From an uncultured Candidatus Saccharibacteria bacterium (lineage in GTDB: Bacteria > Patescibacteriota > Saccharimonadia > Saccharimonadales > 2-12-FULL-41-12), in contig CAZTQB010000001.1 in the NCBI GenBank assembly GCA_964615775.1, positions 1 through 58,598 on the forward strand: 58,598 nt of DNA. Direction: 5' to 3'. The notes below the pieces were generated by a model. The model did not search any database and was not told the origin of the DNA. It saw nothing but the letters and a program-made list of their open reading frames with translations. The position numbers were made by a program, and so were the translations under genes. This document shows, piece after piece, positions 32,042 through 41,273 of this stretch (the stretch's first letter is position 1; the number at the start of each line of letters is the position of its first letter).

Positions 32042-32671
32042 ATGGCTGAAATAGTGCCAGCTATTTTAGCAAACAACGTAGCAGAATATGCACGGCAAAT
32101 GGAAGCAGTTGCTAAGTTTGCAAGTCGTATTCAGATAGATTTGATGGATGGTGTGTTTGCCAAAAGTATTTCGGTTGGAGTAGATGATGTATGGTGGCCG
32201 CATAGCATTAGGGCAGATATTCATCTGATGTATCAAGACCCGTTTGATTATTTAGAACAATTGATTCGCTTGCAGCCAAGTTTGGTGATTATTCATGTTG
32301 AAACCATGATTCATCATATGCACTTTGCTGCTTGCCTACACAAAGAAGGCATAAAAGCTGGTCTGGCGGTTTTGCCCCAAACGCCGATTGCTAATGTTGA
32401 GCAGATTTTGCATAGTTTTGACCATTTATTGATTTTTAGCGGTAACTTAGGTCACTTTGGTGGCCAGGCTGATTTAAGTTTGCTTGATAAAGCTCGTGAA
32501 GCAAGGCTGCATTATCCAGGTTTGGAGATAAGCTGGGATGGTGGCGTTAATTTTGATAATGCTAAACAGATTGCCGATGGTGGAATAGATGTTCTGGCTG
32601 CTGGTGGAGCTATCCAAAAGTCAGAAAATCCTGCTCAAGCCTATTTAGAACTCCAATCACAGATGGTATAA
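32042..32671 (+). CDS. rpe: Ribulose-phosphate 3-epimerase
   Basis: IQIDLMDG.F, HLM and DGGV. Confidence 0.9.
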   Translation: MAEIVPAILANNVAEYARQMEAVAKFASRIQIDLMDGVFAKSISVGVDDVWWPHSIRADIHLMYQDPFDYLEQLIRLQPSLVIIHVETMIHHMHFAACLHKEGIKAGLAVLPQTPIANVEQILHSFDHLLIFSGNLGHFGGQADLSLLDKAREARLHYPGLEISWDGGVNFDNAKQIADGGIDVLAAGGAIQKSENPAQAYLELQSQMV

Positions 32672-32683
32672 TTCATAAGCATA

Positions 32684-33538
32684 ATGAGTCAACATACGAT
32701 TGAACAACTTGAACTGAAAGCTAATGAAATCCGCAAAGATATTATTCGTATGCTGGAAGAAGCTGGCAGTGGGCATAGTGCTGGGCCGCTAGGGTTGGCC
32801 GACATTTTTACGGCATTGTATTTTGATGTTGCCAATATTGATCCCAAAAATCCGGATAAAACCGACAGAGACATGATTCTGCTAAGTAATGGTCACTGTG
32901 TACCAGTACAGTATGCGACCATGGCTAACAGGGGTTATTTTGACAAAAAAGAGCTTCTAACTTTGCGTAAATGGGGCAGTAGACTGCAAGGTCACCCTGA
33001 GCGAACTCGTTTGCCAGGGCTGGAAACGACATCTGGACCACTTGGTTCTGGACTGAGTCAAGCTTGCGGAATGGCTTTGGCGATGCGAATGAATAATCAG
33101 CCACATAGAATGATTTATACAGTTATGGGCGACGGAGAGCTAAACGAAGGTAATATCTGGGAAGCTGTTATGCTAGCCGGCAAATATCGTTTAGGAAATA
33201 TTGTTGGTATAGTCGACAGAAACGATATCCAAATTGATGGCCCAACCGAAGAGGTAATGCCGTTAGAAAATTTGCGAGCCAAGTGGGAGGCATTTAACTG
33301 GCACGTTTTAGAGGTCGACGGCAACAATATCGCAAATTTTATCGATGCCTGTGCCTTGGCTCGAGCTATCGTAAATAAGCCTGTTGTGATTATTGCCCAG
33401 ACTATACCAGGTAAAGGTGTTGACTATATGGAATTTGACTATAAGTGGCATGGTAAACCACCAAACCGTGAAGAGGCTAAAATTGCTCTACGCGAACTTC
33501 GTACTTTAGGCGGTAAGATTAGGAGCGAGCATGAATAG
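32684..33538 (+). CDS. Transketolase N-terminal subunit
   Basis: SGH..G.L, LS.GH, GDGELNEG and HGK. Confidence 0.95.
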   Translation: MSQHTIEQLELKANEIRKDIIRMLEEAGSGHSAGPLGLADIFTALYFDVANIDPKNPDKTDRDMILLSNGHCVPVQYATMANRGYFDKKELLTLRKWGSRLQGHPERTRLPGLETTSGPLGSGLSQACGMALAMRMNNQPHRMIYTVMGDGELNEGNIWEAVMLAGKYRLGNIVGIVDRNDIQIDGPTEEVMPLENLRAKWEAFNWHVLEVDGNNIANFIDACALARAIVNKPVVIIAQTIPGKGVDYMEFDYKWHGKPPNREEAKIALRELRTLGGKIRSEHE

Positions 33539-34499
33539 TCATTTAGTAAACAATGTTTTGAGTCAAGATATCAAAAAGGAACCGATTCGAAAGGGCTTCG
33601 GCGTAGGGTTGGTTAAGGCTGGTGAGATAGACAATAATGTAGTGGCGGCTTGTGCCGATCTGACCGAGAGTATCCAGATGCATTTATTTAGGGATAAATT
33701 TCCGGAACGGTTCGTTGAAATTGGTGTGGCTGAGCAAAATTTGGTGACAGTTGGCTCTGGTATGGCGGCTATGGGCAAGATTCCATTTGTAGCTAGCTAT
33801 GCGGCTTTTTGCCCAGGGCGTTGCTGGGAGCAAATAAGAACTACGATCGCCTTAAATGACCAAGCGGTTATCATCGTTGGTGGGCATGCTGGGCTACTAA
33901 CTGGTCCAGATGGGGCAACTCACCAGATGCTTGAAGATATTGCAATCATGAGGGCTATGCCTAATATGGTAGTTGTGGTACCAGCTGACAGTGTTGAGGC
34001 CGAGAAAGCTACGATGGCACTTGCAAAGCTTGGAAAGCCAGCTTATCTAAGAATGGCTCGTGATGCGACACCTGTATTTACTACCGAAGAAACGCCGTTT
34101 GAGATTGGTAAAGCTTATGTGGTTAGAGAGGGCAGTGATGTATCTATAATCGCTACTGGTACAATGACTTATGAATCACTTGCTGCCGCCGAAAAATTAG
34201 CCAAAGATGGTATAAATGCCGAAGTCATACACGTGCCGACAGTTAAGCCATTAGATGAAGAAACGATTTTAAAAAGCGTCAAAAAAACTGGGCTAGTTTT
34301 AAGTGTTGAGGAGGCTCAGATGAAGGGCGGCTTGGGTGGTGCTATAGCTGAGCTTTTGAGTGAAAAAATGCCAACTAAATTAGTAAGAATGGGTGTAGAT
34401 GATAAGTACGGTCAATCTGGTGAGCCGCACGAACTACTAGAACATTATGGTCTTACTGCTAAGCATATAACTTTTAAAGTTCACCAGCTAATAACATAA
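33531..34499 (+). CDS. Transketolase C-terminal subunit
   Basis: GVAEQN, DGATHQ and P.YLR. Confidence 0.95.
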   Translation: MNSHLVNNVLSQDIKKEPIRKGFGVGLVKAGEIDNNVVAACADLTESIQMHLFRDKFPERFVEIGVAEQNLVTVGSGMAAMGKIPFVASYAAFCPGRCWEQIRTTIALNDQAVIIVGGHAGLLTGPDGATHQMLEDIAIMRAMPNMVVVVPADSVEAEKATMALAKLGKPAYLRMARDATPVFTTEETPFEIGKAYVVREGSDVSIIATGTMTYESLAAAEKLAKDGINAEVIHVPTVKPLDEETILKSVKKTGLVLSVEEAQMKGGLGGAIAELLSEKMPTKLVRMGVDDKYGQSGEPHELLEHYGLTAKHITFKVHQLIT

Positions 34500-34578
34500 A
34501 TAATCGATAAAAACATTTTTTGTAATAAGCAATATATAATATTATTAAGTTAAGATTTAACGAAAGGGTGAGGTTAAA

Positions 34579-35490
34579 ATGTCATTAACATTAAGGCAAA
34601 TTAGACAAAATACAGATGAAGCACGTGCTTTGATGGCAAAGGCTAGAGCTGAGAATTTTGCGGTTGGTGCATTTAATTTGGATAACCAAGATATTTTGAA
34701 GGCTGTAGTACGAGCGGCGATTGCCAAAAATTCACCTGTACTAGTAGAAGTCAGCAAAGGCGAAGTCGATGCCCTAGGTTTAGACAATATAAGAGATATG
34801 GTCGATAATTACAAACAAGAGTTTGGTTTGCAAATTTTTGTTAATCTGGACCATAGTCCGTCGGTAGCAGACGCCATCGAAGGTATTGAGGCTGGCTTTG
34901 AATTTATACACATTGATATTTCTCAGGCTCGCAAAGATGCTTCCCAAGAAGAGATAATTGCCGATACGAAGCAAGTAGTGGAATACGCAAAACTAACAGG
35001 AGCATTAGTAGAAAGCGAGCCGCATTATTTTGGCGGTAGCTCCAACTTGCATACTGAAGCAATAAACTACGATGAAATAAAAAAGACATTTTCAACTCCA
35101 GATGGAGCTAGAGAATTTGTAGAGGCAACAGGTATCGATACCTTTGCTGCAGCGATTGGTAACCTACATGGTAAATATCCAGTTCCTAAAGTGCTAGATT
35201 TGGACTTATTAACTCAAATTCGCCAAGCAATTGATTGTAACATTAGTCTTCATGGTGGGTCTGGTACGCCTGAACACTACTTTCAGCAAGCTGCCAAGAT
35301 CGGCGTTAGCAAGGTAAATATTAATTCTGACATGCGAGTTGCTTACCGAGAAACTTTAGAAAAGGTCTTAAGTCAAAATCCCGATGAGTTTGCGGTAGTC
35401 AAGCTAATGGACGAAGTAATCTCGGCCGTGCAAGCTGTAGTCGAGGAAAAAATTGATAGTTTTGGCTCATCTGGTAAAACCAGCAGCTAA
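34579..35490 (+). CDS. fba: Class II fructose-bisphosphate aldolase
   Basis: NLDH, AIGNLHG, SLHGGSG and KVNIN. Confidence 0.92.
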   Translation: MSLTLRQIRQNTDEARALMAKARAENFAVGAFNLDNQDILKAVVRAAIAKNSPVLVEVSKGEVDALGLDNIRDMVDNYKQEFGLQIFVNLDHSPSVADAIEGIEAGFEFIHIDISQARKDASQEEIIADTKQVVEYAKLTGALVESEPHYFGGSSNLHTEAINYDEIKKTFSTPDGAREFVEATGIDTFAAAIGNLHGKYPVPKVLDLDLLTQIRQAIDCNISLHGGSGTPEHYFQQAAKIGVSKVNINSDMRVAYRETLEKVLSQNPDEFAVVKLMDEVISAVQAVVEEKIDSFGSSGKTSS

Positions 35491-36020
35491 AAAGTTAGTG
35501 GGTTAAGTTTATCAAGGTCTAGATCGTACATCTTATAGACTTCTTTCGTGGGCAAGCTAGTTGTTCTTTGCTTGTCCAAGCCTAACTTTTTAAGCATTGT
35601 TTTAACCAGTTCTTCATTATCTCCTTCAATCTCTAGATACGGTGGGATTTGTGGCCAGCTGTCAATTGAGATTTCTAGACCATCAAGCTCAAATAGTAAA
35701 CGATTGTTTTCTTGATAAGATACTTGCTTAAGCCCACTCTGCAGAAGAATTTGTCTAGTGGTATTTAGGTCATTAACAGTAGTTTCGTATTCTTCGGTAC
35801 CATCAATACTGTCAGATTTGTTAATTTTTAAGGTAAGGGTAGTTTTTTGCCCGTCTGTTCTTAATCTGATCCATTTATTCTTGGTTGGTGGGTTTACATC
35901 AAAGATATAACGCTTAAATTTTTGTTCACCAATCTTTTGGCCACCTAAACGTAAGATGTCTTGCTCGACAGAGGTTGTGTCGATGTCTAAAACTTTTATC
36001 TCATACTCAACATTGTTCAT
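35487..36020 (-). CDS. CYTH-domain protein (triphosphate tunnel metalloenzyme)
   Basis: EYEIK (ExExK), IRLR and EIEG. Confidence 0.88.
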   Translation of the reverse strand: MNNVEYEIKVLDIDTTSVEQDILRLGGQKIGEQKFKRYIFDVNPPTKNKWIRLRTDGQKTTLTLKINKSDSIDGTEEYETTVNDLNTTRQILLQSGLKQVSYQENNRLLFELDGLEISIDSWPQIPPYLEIEGDNEELVKTMLKKLGLDKQRTTSLPTKEVYKMYDLDLDKLNPLTF

Positions 36021-36026
36021 AACTAT

Positions 36027-37532
36027 CTAGTATACTCTACTTTTGACACTAGTATAACCAAAATTATTTCTCATCCACATTAATCTTGCTGGCGGTATCT
36101 GAGTTGTGCTTACATCGCAATTGTCAATGTCTTGAATTTTTATATTTAATGTATGAGATATGCTCTTAGGATCTTTATTTATTGTAGAAAAAAAGTCTTC
36201 GAGGATAATGTGGAACCTAAACAAAGTATCGCGGTGTTTATTTGAGCTGTCGTTTAGTTCATGATGTGCCTCAATAAATAATGACAAAAAATCTGGGTCA
36301 AATGGGTCAAGCTCTCTATAGATACGGTTACATTTGTCTCTCTGTTTAATTTTTCCATGTTTTCTTCGTTGCTCATCTAACTCAACTATATAATTACTAA
36401 ATACAAAACCCAGGCTTTGCCATTCTCTTGATAGTGGAGGAGTTTGCATTAATTTTCGGTACGCTCTTAGATGTCTAGGTTCTGTTAAAAGACCATCCTT
36501 AAAGTATTGATCCATTTTATTTCTTAAATCATCGGCTGAAACCAATGGTTGAAAGCCTTTCTCTACGGTTTGTAGATACCTAACTCCATAAGCTATACTT
36601 GCCATCGCTTCGCCTTCTCTTGAGAACATATCATTGAGATGAGGATTGCCAATAGAATTAAACAAGTCCCTATAATCATTCAAAAAGCCTTTTTGCTGTA
36701 ATAAATAATACATCCATGCATGATCAATTGTGTCATGAATGGCAAGTGCGATTTTTGAGCCTTCAAAACCAACAATTCTCAAGACTTTTTGGTTTTTAAT
36801 TATTTCAGTTATAGGTATTGCTCCTGTGCTAGCCTCTTTCGCAGCTTGACATAGTATGTCTACTGACTTAGGATCTAGTGAAAGTTCAATGCCCCTACTA
36901 AGAACATTCTCCAAACTTCTGTCAGTCTCCATTCCAGAAAATTGATTTCTATCTACTCGAGCAAATGTTCCAGGTACCTCAGGGTCTCCGATAAATCGTT
37001 GCATAACATTTTCATCTCTTTCATATTTAGTATCATCCAAGTGTTGATGAAGACCAGAATGAAGTTCTCTGAACTCTGACTCATTGATTAATAAAGCAAG
37101 TTCTTGCTGAGTTGTGTGTGGAACAATTTTTTTCAGTTCCCTAAACCCTGTTTCTGGATCTTGCTCTAAAAATATTGGCAGCACTCTGTGTAAGAACTGG
37201 TTGCCAATATGTTGAATGGAATGCATTGGGTTGGTTAGGGACGCCAAGGCACGATCTTTTGCCGAAGCATGAGTCTTTTGATACCAATCAACTATATATT
37301 CAGTAGCATAGTACCTCTCTTCTAGTGTAAGAACACTCTCAGGGGTATCTACTTGCCGTTCATAAGTAACTGCCCTCCTATTTGGATTATATGAAGAAGA
37401 TCCTTGAATACATAACACCATTCCACCTAGGTATTCAGGAACGCTCGAATTAGTTAAACCTCCTTCTGTTTCAGGTATTTCTTGGTGAAGAATCTCTCCT
37501 CGATTACTTTCGGGTTTAGTACTACTACTCAT
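36027..37532 (-). CDS. Hypothetical 501-aa soluble protein with HDxxDH motif
   Basis: Long open frame in operon; AIHDTIDHAW and downstream REGEA; no family recognised. Confidence 0.8.
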   Translation of the reverse strand: MSSSTKPESNRGEILHQEIPETEGGLTNSSVPEYLGGMVLCIQGSSSYNPNRRAVTYERQVDTPESVLTLEERYYATEYIVDWYQKTHASAKDRALASLTNPMHSIQHIGNQFLHRVLPIFLEQDPETGFRELKKIVPHTTQQELALLINESEFRELHSGLHQHLDDTKYERDENVMQRFIGDPEVPGTFARVDRNQFSGMETDRSLENVLSRGIELSLDPKSVDILCQAAKEASTGAIPITEIIKNQKVLRIVGFEGSKIALAIHDTIDHAWMYYLLQQKGFLNDYRDLFNSIGNPHLNDMFSREGEAMASIAYGVRYLQTVEKGFQPLVSADDLRNKMDQYFKDGLLTEPRHLRAYRKLMQTPPLSREWQSLGFVFSNYIVELDEQRRKHGKIKQRDKCNRIYRELDPFDPDFLSLFIEAHHELNDSSNKHRDTLFRFHIILEDFFSTINKDPKSISHTLNIKIQDIDNCDVSTTQIPPARLMWMRNNFGYTSVKSRVY

Positions 37533-37537
37533 AATTA

Positions 37538-38095
37538 TTAATAGTCTATTCTTTTTACATATCCATATATTTTTAATTTCAGTTCATCTAATGTGCCAGA
37601 GTTCTCAATAATTACATCTGCGGCATTTTTTATTTTGCTTACATTAGCTTCATTCGGTTCATGTCCAGAATTTTCACGCTCTATAGCAGAATTTAATTCA
37701 GATAGGCTAATCTCATCACGGTCCGAATCCTGTCGGTTTTTTATTCTCTTAAAAGATAAGTCATTGGGGAGTATATAAATAATTTTTCCACCCAAGGACT
37801 TTATGTGTTTAGCTTCTTCGATGCAGTATATTCCAGAAATAACCACTTTTTTGTAGTCTGATACTTTTTTTAGAGCCGTTTCTACTAGGAAGTTGTTTCC
37901 AAAATTGGACCTTAAGTTGTTTGCAGTATCCAATTGTAATTTCCGGCTAGCCTTTAGTCCACATGCAGATATAAATAATCTAAGAGTGTCGCTCACAGAA
38001 ATGTGCTTATAACCAAACTCTTTAACTATTAAATCGGATACTGTATCTTTACCTGAGCCAGCTTGGCCAGCAACTCCAATTATCATTTTTCTCAT
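37538..38095 (-). CDS. P-loop kinase, dNMP/dephospho-CoA kinase-like
   Basis: GQAGSGKDT Walker A; C-terminal AD..I.N.GTL.EL. Confidence 0.8.
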   Translation of the reverse strand: MRKMIIGVAGQAGSGKDTVSDLIVKEFGYKHISVSDTLRLFISACGLKASRKLQLDTANNLRSNFGNNFLVETALKKVSDYKKVVISGIYCIEEAKHIKSLGGKIIYILPNDLSFKRIKNRQDSDRDEISLSELNSAIERENSGHEPNEANVSKIKNAADVIIENSGTLDELKLKIYGYVKRIDY

Positions 38096-38610
38096 AATCC
38101 TGGTCTAAGCGTCTGATCAATGCTTAATACGGTAATATCTCTAAAAGGCATTTTTAATGATGGAACAGTCACTGTCTCGCCGACTGTACTTCCAATTAGT
38201 AACTCTCCCATTGGGGAACTTACAGGTACTGGAGATGGTTTTTGTTTTCTATCATAAATTGGACCGAATCCTACTAAGTATATTTCTCTCTCATCTTTGC
38301 CTTGTAATATTATAGCTGTGCTACCAAGAGTTACACGAAGTTCTGATTCAAGTGGGTAATCTACTATTTCTCTAGTTAGCGTTTGTTTAAGTGAATGTCC
38401 TTCGCTCAATAACCGTCTATGTATATCATCTAGTGAATTAAATGCTCCGTCATGCCAATCGTCGCCAGATTGACCTCTAACTTGAACTCGTTCAGCCAGT
38501 TCACTGGCTTTCTTACCTTCATTGAGATCGATATGTAGTTTTATCAAATCAACCTCATGAGGTAGTAAGACTTCTCGGCTTACTTGCCTTAGGTATTCTT
38601 TATTTGTCAA
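38092..38610 (-). CDS. GreA/GreB-family factor with atypical tip
   Basis: Coiled coil with GDDWHD tip; V.LGS and SPMG..L.G..VG in the C-terminal domain; TTG start. Confidence 0.8.
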   Translation of the reverse strand: MTNKEYLRQVSREVLLPHEVDLIKLHIDLNEGKKASELAERVQVRGQSGDDWHDGAFNSLDDIHRRLLSEGHSLKQTLTREIVDYPLESELRVTLGSTAIILQGKDEREIYLVGFGPIYDRKQKPSPVPVSSPMGELLIGSTVGETVTVPSLKMPFRDITVLSIDQTLRPGL

Positions 38611-38786
38611 AATATGCTCTTACTTTCTATCTATTATGGATTTTAAGTTTTCAATATTGTGTAAGAGTAAAGTATTCTCAAAAAAATGTCAATAAGATTA
38701 TAAAACATATAAAACTCATACTTGCCTAGACATGTAAACTTGTGGCATTATATAAGCATAAGAAAAATATAAATGGTGGAGGAAAA

Positions 38787-39785
38787 ATGAGCCAAATTGA
38801 TGTTATGTGTGTCGGGGACCTAGTGACTGATGCATTTATTAAGTTGTTTGACGATCAGGCGGAGGTGCAGGATACCGACCGAGGGCCGTTACTGGCAATT
38901 CCATTTGCCACTAAATTACCTTTTGAGTATGCAGAGGTAATAAATGCTGTTGGTAATTCACCAAATGCTGCCGTTAATTTTGCCAGTTTGGGCTTGAATA
39001 CGGCGTTAGTCTCGAATGTTGGCAGCGATACGGCTGGCCGAGATATTATTGCAACTCTTGAAAAGAAAAAAGTAAATACTGAGTTTGTACGAATAAACAG
39101 GGGTAAAGTTAGTAACTATCACTACGTACTTTGGTATAAAGATGAGAGAACGATTTTAATTAAACACGAAGATTATCGGTATGTCTGGCCACGATTTACT
39201 AAACGAGATATTCCCAAGTGGATGTATTTTAGCTCAATAAGCGAAAAAGCACTTGATATGCACGATGAAATCGCAGATTGGTTGGACGATAACCCAGAGA
39301 TTAAGCTGGCCTTTCAGCCTGGAACATTTCAGATGAAGGCTGGAGCAAAACGACTGAAAAGAATATATAAACGCTGCGATATTGTTGCTTGCAACCGCGA
39401 GGAAGCGGTCTTCATTACTGGTGGCAACTACGACGATATGCATGATTTATTTAATAAATTTCACGATATGGGCTGCAAAATTGTAGTGATAAGTGATGGT
39501 CCAAAAGGTAGCTATGCTTCTGACGGCGAAAATCGCTACAAAATGCCACTCTATCCCGACCCCAAACCGCCATTAGAGCGAACTGGTGCCGGTGACGCAT
39601 TTACTTCAACTTTTATCGCCGCCATGATAAAGGGCAATACTATAGACGGAGCATTACAGTGGGCTCCGATAAGCTCAATGAATGTGGTGCAGCACGTTGG
39701 TGCTCAAGCCGGACTTCTTAGCGAGAGAGAATTGGCTAGCTTACTAAGAAAAGCTCCAGATTGGTATAAACCAGAACGAATATAG
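38787..39785 (+). CDS. PfkB family carbohydrate kinase
   Basis: VGN..NAA, N.EEA and RTGAGDAF; GGAGG SD before 38787. Confidence 0.93.
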   Translation: MSQIDVMCVGDLVTDAFIKLFDDQAEVQDTDRGPLLAIPFATKLPFEYAEVINAVGNSPNAAVNFASLGLNTALVSNVGSDTAGRDIIATLEKKKVNTEFVRINRGKVSNYHYVLWYKDERTILIKHEDYRYVWPRFTKRDIPKWMYFSSISEKALDMHDEIADWLDDNPEIKLAFQPGTFQMKAGAKRLKRIYKRCDIVACNREEAVFITGGNYDDMHDLFNKFHDMGCKIVVISDGPKGSYASDGENRYKMPLYPDPKPPLERTGAGDAFTSTFIAAMIKGNTIDGALQWAPISSMNVVQHVGAQAGLLSERELASLLRKAPDWYKPERI

Positions 39786-39887
39786 AGTCTTAGATGCAAG
39801 GTACTAGCATGAATTATAAGGAATTTGGGCTAGATGGCGTAAAAGGTGCATTTGGTGTGAATATAATGCATTTTAGAGGATTAAAAT

Positions 39888-41096
39888 ATGTCTAAAGTGA
39901 TAGCTGATATCTTAAATGTTGATCGAATAAAGTTTAGAGATTTACTTGATGCTTTAGAAGCTAAGTCTGGGCGGAACTCGTACGACAATGCAATATATTC
40001 GCAAATGAGAAGTAGTGCGTTGTTGGCTACGAAGGAGCTAGGTTTAGATGTTAGTGATACGGCGGTTGGTGAGCTATATTTCGTGCTGCAAGAACGAGCC
40101 AAGCAGGATAATGCATTATTAGAAAGATATTTAGGTATTTCGCCTGATGATACACCCGAGAAGACTATCAAAAAGATTGTTGCTTGGCTTAATAAAAATT
40201 CGCATCAAGCCAAAAATTGGACCGTAAAGTCTAGTTTATTTAAAGTATTGTTAAAAAAACAACCGCCAAAAGTAGTAATGAAATCTTTAGGGCTAAGGTC
40301 GGTAGACTCAATGCTAAAGAGAAATGACCCGAGTATGTTGGTCGCTTTAGCTAGTTTACTAGAGAAACCGGAGTGGAATCAGAAGTTTAACCTAAATTAT
40401 AAAAAACTAGGTGCAGTAGATTTTGACTATAAAAAGACCAATTTAGTTGTGGTCGACAAAAAATTTGCTAGTAAATTAGTTAAGGCAGGCTATGATAAAT
40501 CGCGAGTTGTTTTACCACATTATATTAGTGGAGGTGTCTTTATATTTCCGCCTGTCAGTCGCTTTCCTCTAGATAGTCTGGCGTTTTTTATGCTACTAAG
40601 TGAAACGTTTTTGGACGTTTCACGGCATAGTACATTTTATAAATTTATTAGCGTAAGAAGTGATTTTGCGAAAATTATTTACGATACGATTGAAAGCGGT
40701 ATTAATATTACTTCAAACAAAATCTCAAAAATTGGTTGGAATAGCTTGCATCGACATTTAGTCGGCAATAGTGATTTTGATGCACTAAGTAGCCTACCTC
40801 ATATTGATAATGATGATTTTGTATCGGTCAGCCCTCTAGAGGTTTTAGTCAAGATTAATAGCCGATTTGAGTTCTGGAATAGTTTGGAATATGTGTTTTA
40901 TGGACAAGATGGTAAATCGTCAATTTCGATGAATTTGGCCGATACCATAATCAATTCTACTAATCGCAGACCATACTTTCAATCTAGTCGTGGTTATGGG
41001 CGTGCTAAGTTGTGGGAAGAACTCTGGGCAAGGTATCTTCGTTCTGACAGTGTCGCTGAAGAGGTAATCAGTAACTATCTTGCTGAAGAAAATTAA
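39888..41096 (+). CDS. Hypothetical 402-aa protein
   Basis: Long ORF, no family recognised. Confidence 0.75.
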   Translation: MSKVIADILNVDRIKFRDLLDALEAKSGRNSYDNAIYSQMRSSALLATKELGLDVSDTAVGELYFVLQERAKQDNALLERYLGISPDDTPEKTIKKIVAWLNKNSHQAKNWTVKSSLFKVLLKKQPPKVVMKSLGLRSVDSMLKRNDPSMLVALASLLEKPEWNQKFNLNYKKLGAVDFDYKKTNLVVVDKKFASKLVKAGYDKSRVVLPHYISGGVFIFPPVSRFPLDSLAFFMLLSETFLDVSRHSTFYKFISVRSDFAKIIYDTIESGINITSNKISKIGWNSLHRHLVGNSDFDALSSLPHIDNDDFVSVSPLEVLVKINSRFEFWNSLEYVFYGQDGKSSISMNLADTIINSTNRRPYFQSSRGYGRAKLWEELWARYLRSDSVAEEVISNYLAEEN

Positions 41097-41273
41097 AACA
41101 TAATTTTTCATTATGCTAAGCTATTGTTGTGTTAATGGTGGTTGTTTTATTTTTTATGTTGCTATAGCAACCATGCATGTTCTTAGGCTAAAAAAATTCT
41201 AGAAAACGTATTGATCTAAAGCTAGGTAAACTTGTTGCTAATAAATTAACTAAGTACTATATAATTTAAGTTA

